From Candidatus Eiseniibacteriota bacterium (GTDB lineage Bacteria > Eisenbacteria > RBG-16-71-46 > CAVPCR01), in the NCBI GenBank assembly GCA_963823555.1, contig CAWGMA010000001.1, positions 320,001 through 384,000 of the forward strand: a stretch of DNA of 64,000 nucleotides, given 5' to 3'. A program made the position numbers and the translations under genes. Every line of letters begins with the position of its first letter. Position 1 is the stretch's first letter. Below the pieces are notes generated by a model. That model was not told where the DNA came from and searched no databases. It saw only the letters and a list, made by a program, of their open reading frames with translations. Below, piece by piece: positions 19,300-32,400 of this stretch.

Positions 19300-22200
19300 A
19301 TGCGGTTCCACACCTCGTGCCTCCCAGCGCTTGCCGCAGCCCTCATCCTGGCGGGGATGTCGCCCCCCGGAGCGGTGGCTTCTTCCTGGTCCCCTCGAGT
19401 GAGCGGAGATCCCGCGTTCGCCCGGATCACCGTGGAGTTCGAACCCGGCGACGTTGGTTTCAGCGCTCAGAGCGAAGGCCTGGAGATCGCCGAGGTCCTG
19501 ACCGCCAACGACCGCTGGCACTTCCCGGGGGCTCCGGACCTGCCCATCCTGAGGCTTGTCGTCCAGGTCGATGACGATTTCCGCGTCGAGGACGTGTTGA
19601 TCAGGAGCGAGGACGAGGTCTCGATGGGCAGGCATCCTCTGGCGCCCGCCGCGGCGGACGGGGGCGGAGAGCGTGTGGCCGATCCTGCGTTCTACGGGAG
19701 CAATGACTTCATTCCCCCGCGCGCGGCCGAGGTCGCCGGAGAGGCCTGGTCGAGAGGACGCCGCCTGGCCTACGTCACGATCTATCCCCTGCGCACGAAC
19801 CCGGTGAGCGGCGAGGTCATGCTATCGACCCGGCTCACCATCGAGCTCACCGGTCGCAGAGACGCCGCCGTTCACGGCCGGCGCCCGCGCCCGGTGCCAT
19901 GGGAAGCCAAGGTCGATGAAGCCCTCGGGCGGATCGCCGTCGACCTCCGCAGCTCCCCGGGCGCGAAGTCGGCGGCGCCGATGACAGGCGAAGTGGAAGG
20001 TTTCTGGAGCCCGACCTACCGGCCCACTCTCGATGGCAGCCCCGTCGAGTACGTGATCATCACCTCGGCCGCTCTCGAGCCGGAGTTCCAGGTGCTCGCC
20101 GACTGGAAGACCAAGAAGGGCGTGCAGGCCGTCGTGCGTACCCTCGAGTGGATCACGACGTCGTACCCGGGCGTCGACCGCGCGGAAAAGCTCAGGAACT
20201 TCGTCACCGATGCCTACGAGAACTGGGGCACGCTGTGGGTGCTTCTCGGTGGAGACTCCGATCAGGTGCCCTTGCGGTATGCGAGTCATGCCCTGAACAC
20301 ACCGCCCGAACCGATTCCCACGGATCTCTACTTCTCCTGTCTCGACGGCAACTGGAACGCCGATGGTGATGCCGTCTTCGGCGAAGGCATTCCCCCGGGC
20401 TATCCCGCCGGCGGGGATTCGGTCGACCTCGCGCCCGAGGTCTTCGTCGGTCGCGCCCCGGTCTCGACTCCCGCCCAGGTCGGGGTATTCGTCAGCAAGG
20501 TCATCGACTACGAGCAGGCCATCTTCGCTTCCAATCGCTATCCCAGCTCCGCGCTGCTCCTGGGTGAGCGGCTGTCCCCGTCATCGGACGGCGGGGCCTA
20601 CTGCGAGGATGTTCGCCAGCGCCTTCCCGCCGGCATGCGCGTCGTGCGGATGTACGAGGAGTATCCAAGCTATCCCGGCGCCTTGCCCGAGCTGCGCGTC
20701 ACCGTGATCGACTCGCTGAATGCCGGGTTCGGCCTGGTGCATCACGTCGGTCACGGCTACCGAAACACCATGTCGGTCGGCGACGGCACCCTCTCCAACG
20801 CCGATATCGACAACCTGACCAATGGCGGCCGGCAATCCGTGGTGTATGCCATCAATTGCTCGTCGGCCGCTTTCGACTACGCGGCCATCGGGGAGCGGTT
20901 CCTCAGGAATCTGAACGGCGGCGGCGTGGCCTACATCGGCAGCTCACGCATCGCCTCCTCGGGAGACTCTCGACCGTTCCAGAATGAATTCTACGAGGTC
21001 GTGTTCCAGGACAGCGTCACCTCGGTAGGGAAGGCGGTGGGATACTCCAAGCTGCCGTTCATTCCCGGCTCGCAGTCAGAGACATCCTACCGCTGGGTTC
21101 AGTTCTCCCTCACCTTGCTCGGCGATCCCGAGATGCCGATCTGGAGACGGGGGCCGACTCCGATCACCGTGACGAGCTCGCTCACGCATCCCCTCGGTAC
21201 GGCGAATTACACGGTCACGGCCACGGCCGGCGGCTCACCGCTCCCCGGAGCCCGTGCCACCTTGTGGAAGCAGGGAGACGCGTTTGCCACGGGGTTGACG
21301 CAGGGCAACGGTGTCGCCACCTTGCCGTTTCTCCCATCGTCCACCGGGAGCTTCCATGTGACCGTGGCGCGGCCGGACTATGCTCCGTCCCAGAAGGACG
21401 CGAACGCGGTCGGCGCCAGCAGCGCTTTCCTCTACATCACACAGGTCACGATCAACGACGACGCCATCCCGCCGAGCTCCGGCAACGGCAATGGACAGCC
21501 CGATGCCGGGGAGCGGGTGGAGGTCACGGTGCGTCTCCGCAACGACGGCAGCACGACGGCGACCAACGTGAACGGCATCCTGTCCGTTCTATCGGGAGGC
21601 GCTCACGCTACCATCTTCCAGGCCAACGCGAGCTACGGGACCGTGGCCGTGGGTGGGCAGGCGGTGGGGACCTACGTCATCGACCTCGACCGCGCGGCTC
21701 CCGACGCCTTCCAGCCGACTTTCCAGCTGGCGATCACCACCGGCCAAGGGGCCTTCAGCGACAGATTCGTACTCCCCGTGCGCGGCCATGACATCGAACA
21801 CTACGCCCATGTGCTCTCGGACCCGGCGCCCGGGGGCAACGGCAACGGAGTGCCCGAGCCCGGCGAGGCGCTCAGCTACCGGGTGACGGCGCGCAACAAC
21901 GGGACCGGGCGTGCCGACCAGGTTTCGTTCACCCTACGGGTCCTGAACCGCTTGACGTTGCTTCCCGATCCACAGGTCACGATCACGGACGCCAATTCGA
22001 GCTTCGGCAATCTCCTGTCCGGTGCCACCTTCCAGGGCGATGCTGTCGCCTTCACGCTCGCCGGTGGTGCCGTGGTCAACGATCTCCTGCTCGAGATCTC
22101 CTGGCGCGACGCGCGCGGCGCGCTGCATCTGGATCTCTGCGATCTGGTGCCCCCGGATCCGGTCGAGGAGATCCGGGCGGAGGGCCGAGTCTCGAGCATC

Positions 22201-24090
22201 ACGCTCGAGTGGACGGCGCCCGATTCGAGCGATGTCGCCGGCTATGATATCTACCGATCAACGAATGCCCAGGGCGGCTTCTCACGCATCAATGCTTTCA
22301 CCGCTCTCGGATCCGCCGTGTACGAGGACTCGAATCTGCCCTCCCTGACGCGATACTACTACTACGTGGTGGCGCGGGATCGCTCCTTCAACGAGAGCAT
22401 CGCTTCGCCGATCCTCTCGGCGACGACCACGCCGCCGATCGCCAGCGGCTGGCCGATCGAGATGGGACAGCAGACAGCAGCAGGTGTGGTCATCGATGAT
22501 CTCGATGGAGATGGTGACCTCGAGGTCGTGACCGGGGCCGATGCGATCTATGCCTGGCACAATGACGGCACCGAGGTGCGCGACGGCGACTCGAACCCGC
22601 TCACTTCCGGCGTCTTCGCCACCGACGGCCAGAACGGAGCCTTCGGATTCCATGCCACCCCGGCCATCGGGGACCTCACCGGCGACGGCGACATGGAGAT
22701 CGTGGGCCTGGCCTGGCGCGAGGCCCGGGTCTATGTGTGGAACATCGACGGCTCGCTCGAGCCCGGCTGGCCGCAGACGATAGGCGGCGACTTCAACTGG
22801 GCATCGCCCGTCATCGAGGATCTCGACCTCGACGGCGACATGGAGATCGTCGCCCCATCGGGCATGACCGGCCGCATCTTCGCCTGGCACCATGATGGTA
22901 CCGAGGTGGCCGACGGCGATTCCAATCCCGCGACACAGGGCATTCTCTTCGTGACCGGCAGTTCCTTCCTCTACTCTTCGCCGGCGGTGGGCAACATCGA
23001 CGCAGACGCCTATCCGGAGATCGTGTTCGGCACGCAGAGTTCAGGAGGATTCGTCTATGCGATTTCGGGCATCACGGGCGCCGTCAAGCCCGGCTGGCCC
23101 CGTGAGACGCACAGCCAGGTGACCGCATCGCCCGCGCTTGCCGACTTCGACAATAACGGGTCCCTTGAGGTCGTGATCTGCTCCGAGTCCGACTCGGTCT
23201 ACGTGCTCCGGGGCAACGGGACCGACTATCCGGGCTGGCCCCGCCCCGCCGTCGTCAACTCCGACTTCGGACACACGAGCTCGCCGGTGGTCGCTGACAT
23301 CGACGCGGACGGGTTCCTCGATGTCGTCTTCGCCGCGAACGATGGCCACATGCATGTGTGGAAGCGCGATGGCTTGGTGGTGTCCGGATGGGCCAATGTT
23401 CTCTTCGCCCAGGACGCCCTCAATGCCGATGTGACGCAGTCGACGCCGACCGTGGCCGATCTGGATTCGGACGGTCGGCTCGAGATCGTGGTCGGCGCCG
23501 AGAACGGGCTGATCTACGGCTGGAACCACGACGGGACCTCGTTGGCCGGGTTCCCCATCAGCATCGGCGGCGAGCAGCGAAGCGCGGTCACCCTATGGGA
23601 TGTCGACCAGGACAACTTCGTCGAACTTCTGGCCACCTCCAACGACCGCAATTTCTATGTCTGGGATCTCGCCGGCGAGTTGCGCGCCGATAGGATCCCG
23701 TGGCCGTTCTTCCGTCATGACTCGCGGAACACCGGCCGCTTCGATGCGAAGTTCACGTCGATCGGCATCGCCGACGCCGAGCCGGTCCCGGCGGTGCTCC
23801 AGACCCCGGTCCTCCTCCCGGCCTTCCCGAACCCGTTCAATCCGGCCACCACCATCCGTTTCGTCGTACCGGGAGAGCGGGCCGGTTCGCGGCGGGTCGA
23901 GCTCCGGATCTACGACGTCGAGGGACGGCTGGTCCGGAACCTGGCCAGTGGCCCCTTCGAGACCGGGGAGCATGCGGTCGTCTGGGATGGGCGGACGGGA
24001 GCCGGAGGCCGGGCTGCCAGCGGGGCCTATTTCATGAAGCTGGAAGTGGATGGGGAGGTTCGCACCGGGAAGCTCACCCTTCTCCAGTAG
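19300..24090 (+). CDS. Gingipain-type C25 cysteine peptidase: propeptide, C25, Ig/CARDB-like domains, FN3, FG-GAP-like propeller, T9SS/FlgD-type C-terminal domain (alternative start 19294)
   Basis: YVIIT, LADWKTKKG, VLLGGD, TDLYFS.LDGNW, VFVGR, HVGHG (His), INCSS (Cys), LLGDP; DxDGDGxxEIV repeats; C-terminal FPNPFNP..IRF..IYDVEGRLVRNL..WDG..SGAYF. Confidence 0.88.
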   Translation: MRFHTSCLPALAAALILAGMSPPGAVASSWSPRVSGDPAFARITVEFEPGDVGFSAQSEGLEIAEVLTANDRWHFPGAPDLPILRLVVQVDDDFRVEDVLIRSEDEVSMGRHPLAPAAADGGGERVADPAFYGSNDFIPPRAAEVAGEAWSRGRRLAYVTIYPLRTNPVSGEVMLSTRLTIELTGRRDAAVHGRRPRPVPWEAKVDEALGRIAVDLRSSPGAKSAAPMTGEVEGFWSPTYRPTLDGSPVEYVIITSAALEPEFQVLADWKTKKGVQAVVRTLEWITTSYPGVDRAEKLRNFVTDAYENWGTLWVLLGGDSDQVPLRYASHALNTPPEPIPTDLYFSCLDGNWNADGDAVFGEGIPPGYPAGGDSVDLAPEVFVGRAPVSTPAQVGVFVSKVIDYEQAIFASNRYPSSALLLGERLSPSSDGGAYCEDVRQRLPAGMRVVRMYEEYPSYPGALPELRVTVIDSLNAGFGLVHHVGHGYRNTMSVGDGTLSNADIDNLTNGGRQSVVYAINCSSAAFDYAAIGERFLRNLNGGGVAYIGSSRIASSGDSRPFQNEFYEVVFQDSVTSVGKAVGYSKLPFIPGSQSETSYRWVQFSLTLLGDPEMPIWRRGPTPITVTSSLTHPLGTANYTVTATAGGSPLPGARATLWKQGDAFATGLTQGNGVATLPFLPSSTGSFHVTVARPDYAPSQKDANAVGASSAFLYITQVTINDDAIPPSSGNGNGQPDAGERVEVTVRLRNDGSTTATNVNGILSVLSGGAHATIFQANASYGTVAVGGQAVGTYVIDLDRAAPDAFQPTFQLAITTGQGAFSDRFVLPVRGHDIEHYAHVLSDPAPGGNGNGVPEPGEALSYRVTARNNGTGRADQVSFTLRVLNRLTLLPDPQVTITDANSSFGNLLSGATFQGDAVAFTLAGGAVVNDLLLEISWRDARGALHLDLCDLVPPDPVEEIRAEGRVSSITLEWTAPDSSDVAGYDIYRSTNAQGGFSRINAFTALGSAVYEDSNLPSLTRYYYYVVARDRSFNESIASPILSATTTPPIASGWPIEMGQQTAAGVVIDDLDGDGDLEVVTGADAIYAWHNDGTEVRDGDSNPLTSGVFATDGQNGAFGFHATPAIGDLTGDGDMEIVGLAWREARVYVWNIDGSLEPGWPQTIGGDFNWASPVIEDLDLDGDMEIVAPSGMTGRIFAWHHDGTEVADGDSNPATQGILFVTGSSFLYSSPAVGNIDADAYPEIVFGTQSSGGFVYAISGITGAVKPGWPRETHSQVTASPALADFDNNGSLEVVICSESDSVYVLRGNGTDYPGWPRPAVVNSDFGHTSSPVVADIDADGFLDVVFAANDGHMHVWKRDGLVVSGWANVLFAQDALNADVTQSTPTVADLDSDGRLEIVVGAENGLIYGWNHDGTSLAGFPISIGGEQRSAVTLWDVDQDNFVELLATSNDRNFYVWDLAGELRADRIPWPFFRHDSRNTGRFDAKFTSIGIADAEPVPAVLQTPVLLPAFPNPFNPATTIRFVVPGERAGSRRVELRIYDVEGRLVRNLASGPFETGEHAVVWDGRTGAGGRAASGAYFMKLEVDGEVRTGKLTLLQ

Positions 24091-24235
24091 GTCCGGACGA
24101 GCTTGCCCCCCGGGGGCCTTCCCAGCCCCCCAGGAGGCGGGCCTCCCTCCGGTCCTGGGCGGGGGTCCCAGACTCCGGGGGAATGGGGCAAGTGCAATCC
24201 CTGAAGCTCCTTACGCGGTTCCGGGCAAATGTCCC

Positions 24236-24265
24236 TTGACCCCCCGTCCGTGGCCCGTGTAGCCT
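24236..24265 (+). promoter_or_regulatory. Putative sigma70 promoter
   Basis: TTGACC-N18-TAGCCT, about 110 nt before the CDS. Confidence 0.45.
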
Positions 24266-24374
24266 CCGCCGCGACCATCCCAGAGGGGGGTGTCGCACCA
24301 GGGGACGTGAAGGACTCTGTAACTTGGCGCGGGGTCCAGTTTCAGTTTGTCTCCAGAGCCATGGAGGGTAAGGC

Positions 24375-25010
24375 GTGATGCGCTTCGCTTTTGCAGCGGT
24401 GGTCCTGGGTGTCCTGCTCGGTATGAGCGGGATGGCCCTTGCTGAGAACAATGACTGCGTGACGGTTGTGCTCCATGCCGCTTCCGGCATCGACACCGAC
24501 TGCCAGACCGATGTCGATTGCACCGCAGTGCAGCCGACGACTCGGATCGACGGCCCGGTCGGTCTCTACACCGTCGTCATGTACCTCCGGAACTACGACG
24601 AAGTCAACGGCGTGCAGGTCGCATTCGATTGGCCAGGGACCTGGTCCTTCGGCTTCGGCCTCTGGAACTGCCAGACGGGCCAGCTCTCCGCTGTCACCCC
24701 GACCGCACCCGGCCCGCTGTCGGGCAGCATCACCACCGCGTTCAACTTCATCACCGGTGGTGCGCTGGCTCCGGTCGGCGTCATGGTCTTCAACTCGCTC
24801 GGCGTGGACGGCTGCCTGTCCATCATCGAGTCGGAGTATCCGTTCGGGAATCACGTGATCAACGGCAACGTGACTCCGCCGGAGACCGCGATTCGCGACG
24901 AGAACGAGGGCAAGATCTGCGTTGCCGCTGATGGTTTGAACGCTTGCGAGTGCGTACCTGAGGCTGTTGAGCCGGCCACCTGGGGGCAGATCAAGGCCAC
25001 GTACCGCTAG
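24375..25010 (+). CDS. Secreted Cys-rich beta-sandwich (cohesin-like) protein with C-terminal TWGxIK motif
   Basis: Signal peptide ending ALA; WSFGFGLWNCQTGQLSAVTP and ITTAFNF shared with the 13609 protein; ends AVEPATWGQIKATYR. Confidence 0.82.
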   Translation: MMRFAFAAVVLGVLLGMSGMALAENNDCVTVVLHAASGIDTDCQTDVDCTAVQPTTRIDGPVGLYTVVMYLRNYDEVNGVQVAFDWPGTWSFGFGLWNCQTGQLSAVTPTAPGPLSGSITTAFNFITGGALAPVGVMVFNSLGVDGCLSIIESEYPFGNHVINGNVTPPETAIRDENEGKICVAADGLNACECVPEAVEPATWGQIKATYR

Positions 25011-25249
25011 AAGAAAGACCTCGCCCGGCTCTAGACAAGTCTGGCGGGGCATTCCGGCGGACGGTGTGACTGGGTAGCTCCCTGCTGCCGGCATGTCCCC
25101 ACGGCGGAGGGAGACGTCGATTCCGTTCATCGGGAGCCTTGAGCCTCGATGGGTACCTGCGTGCCATCCACGTGCTACGCGCGGCCTGAACGACCGTGGC
25201 GGGTGCGGGGTGCGGAGGCGGGACCCCCCTCACGAATCAGAGGGACTTG

Positions 25250-25290
25250 AGAAGGCCGAGAGCCTCGAGGCTCTCGGCCTTCTTGCTGTT
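25250..25290 (+). terminator. Perfect 34-bp palindrome / terminator hairpin
   Basis: AGAAGGCCGAGAGCC-TCGA-GGCTCTCGGCCTTCT followed by a weak U tract. Confidence 0.7.
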
Positions 25291-25387
25291 CTCCTGGCGC
25301 TCGCAATCCGCCTGGAGAAACCCCCGAAGACAACTCTGAGATTGCTCCGCTGGTCCCCCGGCCAGCAGGAGGGAGGGATCAGTACCC

Positions 25388-28015
<2,628 letters not shown>

Positions 28016-28024
28016 GGCCCGCTC

Positions 28025-29365
28025 CTAGGCCGGGGCGACGCGCATGTCGCGGCGTTCGTGCGGCCGGAAATGAACCCGGTTCTTGCCGTGGGACTTGGCG
28101 ATGAGAAGGGCCTCGTTCGCCCGCCGCCAGAGCTCGTCGGCGGCGCCGCCGTCGTCGGGAAAGATGGCGCCACCCACCGAGATCGTGACGCTCGTGCGGT
28201 GCTCCTTACCGTCGAGCCCGGGGATGAGGAAGGTCGTCTGCTGCACGGCCCGCCGCAAGCGGTCGAAGATGGTGCGCGCATCCTCCGGCTCGACCGGCGG
28301 GGCCAGGACGACCGTGAACTCCTCGCCGCCCCAGCGGGCCACGCAGTCGAAGGGACGAACGAGCCCCTTGAGAGTCTGGGCCACGCGCAAGAGCACCTGA
28401 TCGCCTCCGACGTATCCGTAGCGCGAGTTGAAATTCCTGAAGTCGTCGACGTCGATGATGGCGAGGGCCAGGTGCCGGCCTTCACGCCGGGCGCGGGCGA
28501 GGAGATTCTGGAACTGGATCTCGAAGAAGGCCTTGTTGAAGATCTGGGTACGCGAATCGATGAAGACGAGCTCCTGCAGGCGCGCCACGTTGAGGAGCAG
28601 CTCGCGTCCGGTGTCGGCGATGAGCTCGAGAAGAGCCAGTCGTTCCCGCGTGAAATGACCGGGACGAGCTGAATAGACCTCGATCATCCCGCGCACCCGG
28701 TCACCAGCGCGCCCCAGCCCGATGGCCGCTCCCGTGCGCATGCTGTCCCCGACCCCCGCTTCTTGCCGCGCGTCGGCGGTGAGCTCGCGGAGGAGATAGA
28801 CATAGCTGCGCGCTGGTTCCCAGTCGCCGGCCACCACCGAGGCGAAGGGCGAGCCCGAGCCGGCGAATGGGGTGAAGCCGTCGTGCTCGTCGCGCTCGAT
28901 GGCCAAGTAGCGGACCTCGTCGCAAGCCAGCACCTGGCGGGTGAAGGAGAGGAGAAGAGCGATGAGAGGCTCGGTCTCCGCCACCTGCGTGCCATCCTCG
29001 GTCAGGATGCGGCTGGCAAGGACCAGGAGCTCCCGGGTGGTCTCGATGCTTGCCGGGCTGCCGCCGGGCAGCACGGGCAGCGGAATCGAGACGATGGCAT
29101 CGATCGGGTCGGCCGGGAGGTGAACCGTGATCGTGGCGCCCGTCGCCAGATTCCGGTAGCGACGGCGGCGCTCGCCAGCCTCCTCGGAGCGCACGAGACC
29201 GCGGACCTCGAGCTCGCGGAGCACATCGGCGGCGACCAGCTCGGCCTGCTCGAGGTCTCCCGCCGCCAGCGCCTCACGCACGCGCTCGCGAAGCTCAGGG
29301 GAGAGCTCCTGGGTCGGCAGCACGCGCTGCAGTAGTTCGAAGAAGTTGATCTCTTGCGTGCGCAT
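28025..29365 (-). CDS. GAF-sensor diguanylate cyclase (GGEEF)
   Basis: DSRTQIFN, IDVDDFRNFNSRYGYVGGD, I-site RPFD five residues before GGEEF, VTISVG, AKSHGKNRV. Confidence 0.9.
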   Translation of the reverse strand: MRTQEINFFELLQRVLPTQELSPELRERVREALAAGDLEQAELVAADVLRELEVRGLVRSEEAGERRRRYRNLATGATITVHLPADPIDAIVSIPLPVLPGGSPASIETTRELLVLASRILTEDGTQVAETEPLIALLLSFTRQVLACDEVRYLAIERDEHDGFTPFAGSGSPFASVVAGDWEPARSYVYLLRELTADARQEAGVGDSMRTGAAIGLGRAGDRVRGMIEVYSARPGHFTRERLALLELIADTGRELLLNVARLQELVFIDSRTQIFNKAFFEIQFQNLLARARREGRHLALAIIDVDDFRNFNSRYGYVGGDQVLLRVAQTLKGLVRPFDCVARWGGEEFTVVLAPPVEPEDARTIFDRLRRAVQQTTFLIPGLDGKEHRTSVTISVGGAIFPDDGGAADELWRRANEALLIAKSHGKNRVHFRPHERRDMRVAPA

Positions 29366-29494
29366 TCGACAGCTGTGGTGGGCGGTGGATTGCCGGCGCT
29401 CGTCGTCCCTCCTCGACTTCCTGGGGCACTTCGCGGCGCCGCGGACTTGGGCCACGAGGATTATACCACCGCCGAGAGAGGGTGCCCACCCTGT

Positions 29495-32400
29495 CTAGTC
29501 GCGCGAGCGCACCAGCCGGCCGGTGAATTCAGCCTCATCGAGCGGCCACTTGGCCGTGAGCCGGTAGACATAGGTGCCGTTGGCCACCTGGTCGTGGTCG
29601 GCATCGAGTCCATCCCACACGATCTGCGAGTAGCCCACGTTGCGCGGTGCCGTCAGCTCCTGGATCTGGCGGCCGGTCACGGTGTAGATGCGGACCACGA
29701 CCTCATCCGCCGGACTCGTGAGCTGATAGGTGATGGCCGTGAACTGGTCGAAAGGATTGGGATAGGCCGCCACCTGCTCGAGGCTGAATCCACCCACCTG
29801 TACACTGACGCCGCTCGTGAGCGCGAGGATCCCGTTGTGCCTGATCTCGAGGCTCAGGTCGTGGGCCCCCGTGCCGAGGATGACGGGCGCTCTGAGCTGC
29901 CAGTCCTTGCCCAGCGGATCCCTGCTTTGCCCGCTGAGCCCGGCCACCGGGGAGCCATCGAGGAGCAGGCGGAAATCGCCCTCCGTCACGCTCACCGGCG
30001 CATGCACGTTGATCTCGATGGTGGTGCTCGAGGCCACGAAGTCGCCGCTGCCGAGCGCCACGCCATTGGCGCGCCAGCTGACATCCGTGCGCACGGCGAG
30101 CGGGAACTCGATCGTGCGGTTGTTGGCGTCGTTGGCGACGACGACGATCTCGTAGTTGTCGGGACGCAGCGGTGCGCGGTAGGTGAGCCGCCGTTGCCGT
30201 TCCTCGGTGCCCGTGACCTGCCACAGCGCCGGATCCACCGGGATCGGCCCGGCATCGCTGCGCTCGATCACCTCTGTATCCGCGATGCGCACCTCGTCGC
30301 GGATGTCGGCTACCACCAGTACCGTATCAGAGCCCGCGGCGAAGCTCTCGATGCGCGCGCCGGGAGCCCGAGTGGTGTCCGCCGCGGTGACCGCGAAGAG
30401 CGGCGGGATCGCATCCATGCGGAGACCGGGATCCCCGAGCGTGCAGTAGGTGAAGATCGGCCCCTTGAACGCGTCCTGCTGGTTGTAGAGCTCCTTGGCG
30501 AGATTCGTCACCTCGCCCAGGATCCAGCGCGCTCCCACCGGCTCGCCGCGCGGATTCTCGGTGGGCGGGGTCAGGAAGAAGGCGTCCCACTGCGGCGTGT
30601 TGAGGTCGTACTGGTAGGGCGGTCCCTGGCTGCTTCCCGCCGGCAGCCATTCGAAGCCCGTCGAGCCGATCGCGGCCACCAGGCCCCGGTTCTCCAGCGA
30701 TACCAGGAGCTCGCCGAGCCCCCGCTCGCGCCCGCCGACGACGTTCCCGATGCGCTCGTTGAGCTCGTTCAGGTGGTTGGGATGGCAAGCGTAGATGAAC
30801 CAGATCCCGGGGCGCCCGAGGTTATTGAACGAGTTCTGATCACGATCGAACTCGGAGGAGAAGATGCGTTCGTGCGCCATCAGGTGCCGGTTGGCATGTC
30901 CCTGGTAGTTCATGATCAGGTTCCCCTCGGAGATGAGCTGGTAGAGGATCGGGGAACCGGTGGCGTCGAACGCCGCCTGCGCCTCGCCGGGCGTGTGGGT
31001 GCCGGGGTCATCGGGTGGGGGTGGTCCGGGAAGGGGATCGGTGTAGGTCGAGAGACGTATGGCGCGCGTATCGATGAGATCGCCGATTCCCGACCGCTCC
31101 TCGATCATGGCGTCGATCGAATCGCAGATCGCTCCGAAGATGACCTCGCTCGCTCGATACCGGTACTGGGCGCTGAAGCTGATGGTCGAGGACCAGGCAT
31201 CATCGGCGATGGTCAAGGTCTTGGCCCGCCAGCGGTCGCCGGGGTCGAACTGCTCGTAGCGGATCGTCTTGTCGACCATGAGCCCGAACTCGGCCGCCGA
31301 CTGCGCCGGCAGCCGGCCGACGGCCATGTCGAGGTGCACGTCGAACTGTTCTTCCTCCGGGGCGAGGCCGGAGACGTACCAGGTGTCGCAGGACACGAGC
31401 TCCAGATCCACATCGCCGAACACCGGACCGAAGATGGTCTGGCTCGGGATCACATCGAGCCCGGTCGGCACCTTGTCCCGGTAGTCGTCCGAGGCGTCGC
31501 CCGCCAGGAGGAGGTACATGGGCGGTTGAGTCCAGTGGGCAAAGGCATAGCGCAGGTAGTTGCGAATGGCGTCGGGGCCATGGAGGCCGCCCGCGAACTC
31601 ATCCTCGATGTCGGAGAGGAGGGCGATCGCCGCCTGGTGGCCATGCAGCTCACGATGCTCCTTGAGCCGCGTGGCCACGGCGGGGAAGTCGTCCAGCGCC
31701 CCGTCCCCGTCGATGTCTGCGATGTCCGGCACGACGATGATGTAATCGGGCTCGATGGCCGGGCTGGCCAGCGACGAGGGACGATCGAGGGCGATCGCGG
31801 CATCGGTCAGCGTCAGCTCGCCCAAGCCCCGCGCGAGGGCGATGTAGGAGCGGAGGCCGGTCACCTCGTCGCGGAAGCGCACCTCGTAGGGCCCGCTACC
31901 GGTGACCTGAACGCCCGTCAGCACGGTCGGCGCGAAGTAGTTGGTGACATCCAGGACCACGATGTCCGCCGCGCTGAAGCCGCCGATCGCGAACTCGGTG
32001 GGACCGCTGGCCGCGCCGGAGTTCATGATCAGGCGGTCGTTACGCGCCTGGTAGAGGTGGTGGTAGGCGAACTCGAACCAGTCGAAGTTGGCTCCGGCAT
32101 AGGTGACGACCTGCGTCGTGTCCTGGACCGGCATGCGCTCCCCGATGAACTTGAAGCTCGAACCGGGCCGGGTGAAGGTCGAGGCCGGGAAGGGCGCGCT
32201 CTCCCAGTCACCGATGGCCAGATGTCCCGTGAACCCCCACCGCGTGGCCAGCGTGTCCTCACCCTGCGAACTCGTGATCAGGAAGGTCCCGAGATGCCGG
32301 AAGCCGTCGATTCCGGACACCATGCGGGTCCGGGCGCGGATCGGTTGCGAGGGATCGACATCGGCCCCGGTCAGGTCGTAGGGGAATACGAAGCTCACGC

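Noticed and set aside
25085..25115. HDV-like ribozyme (GCCGGCATGTCCC resembles the HDV 5' end)
   Set aside because: I could not build the nested double pseudoknot; treated as chance similarity.
12198..25290. Genomic island integrated at tRNA-Val
   Set aside because: No integrase or transposase, and I found no duplicate of the tRNA 3' end; the content looks like native envelope genes.
25290..25387. CIRCE/HrcA operator upstream of clpB
   Set aside because: Only a partial half-site (CTGGCGCTC), with no matching inverted half at 9-nt spacing.
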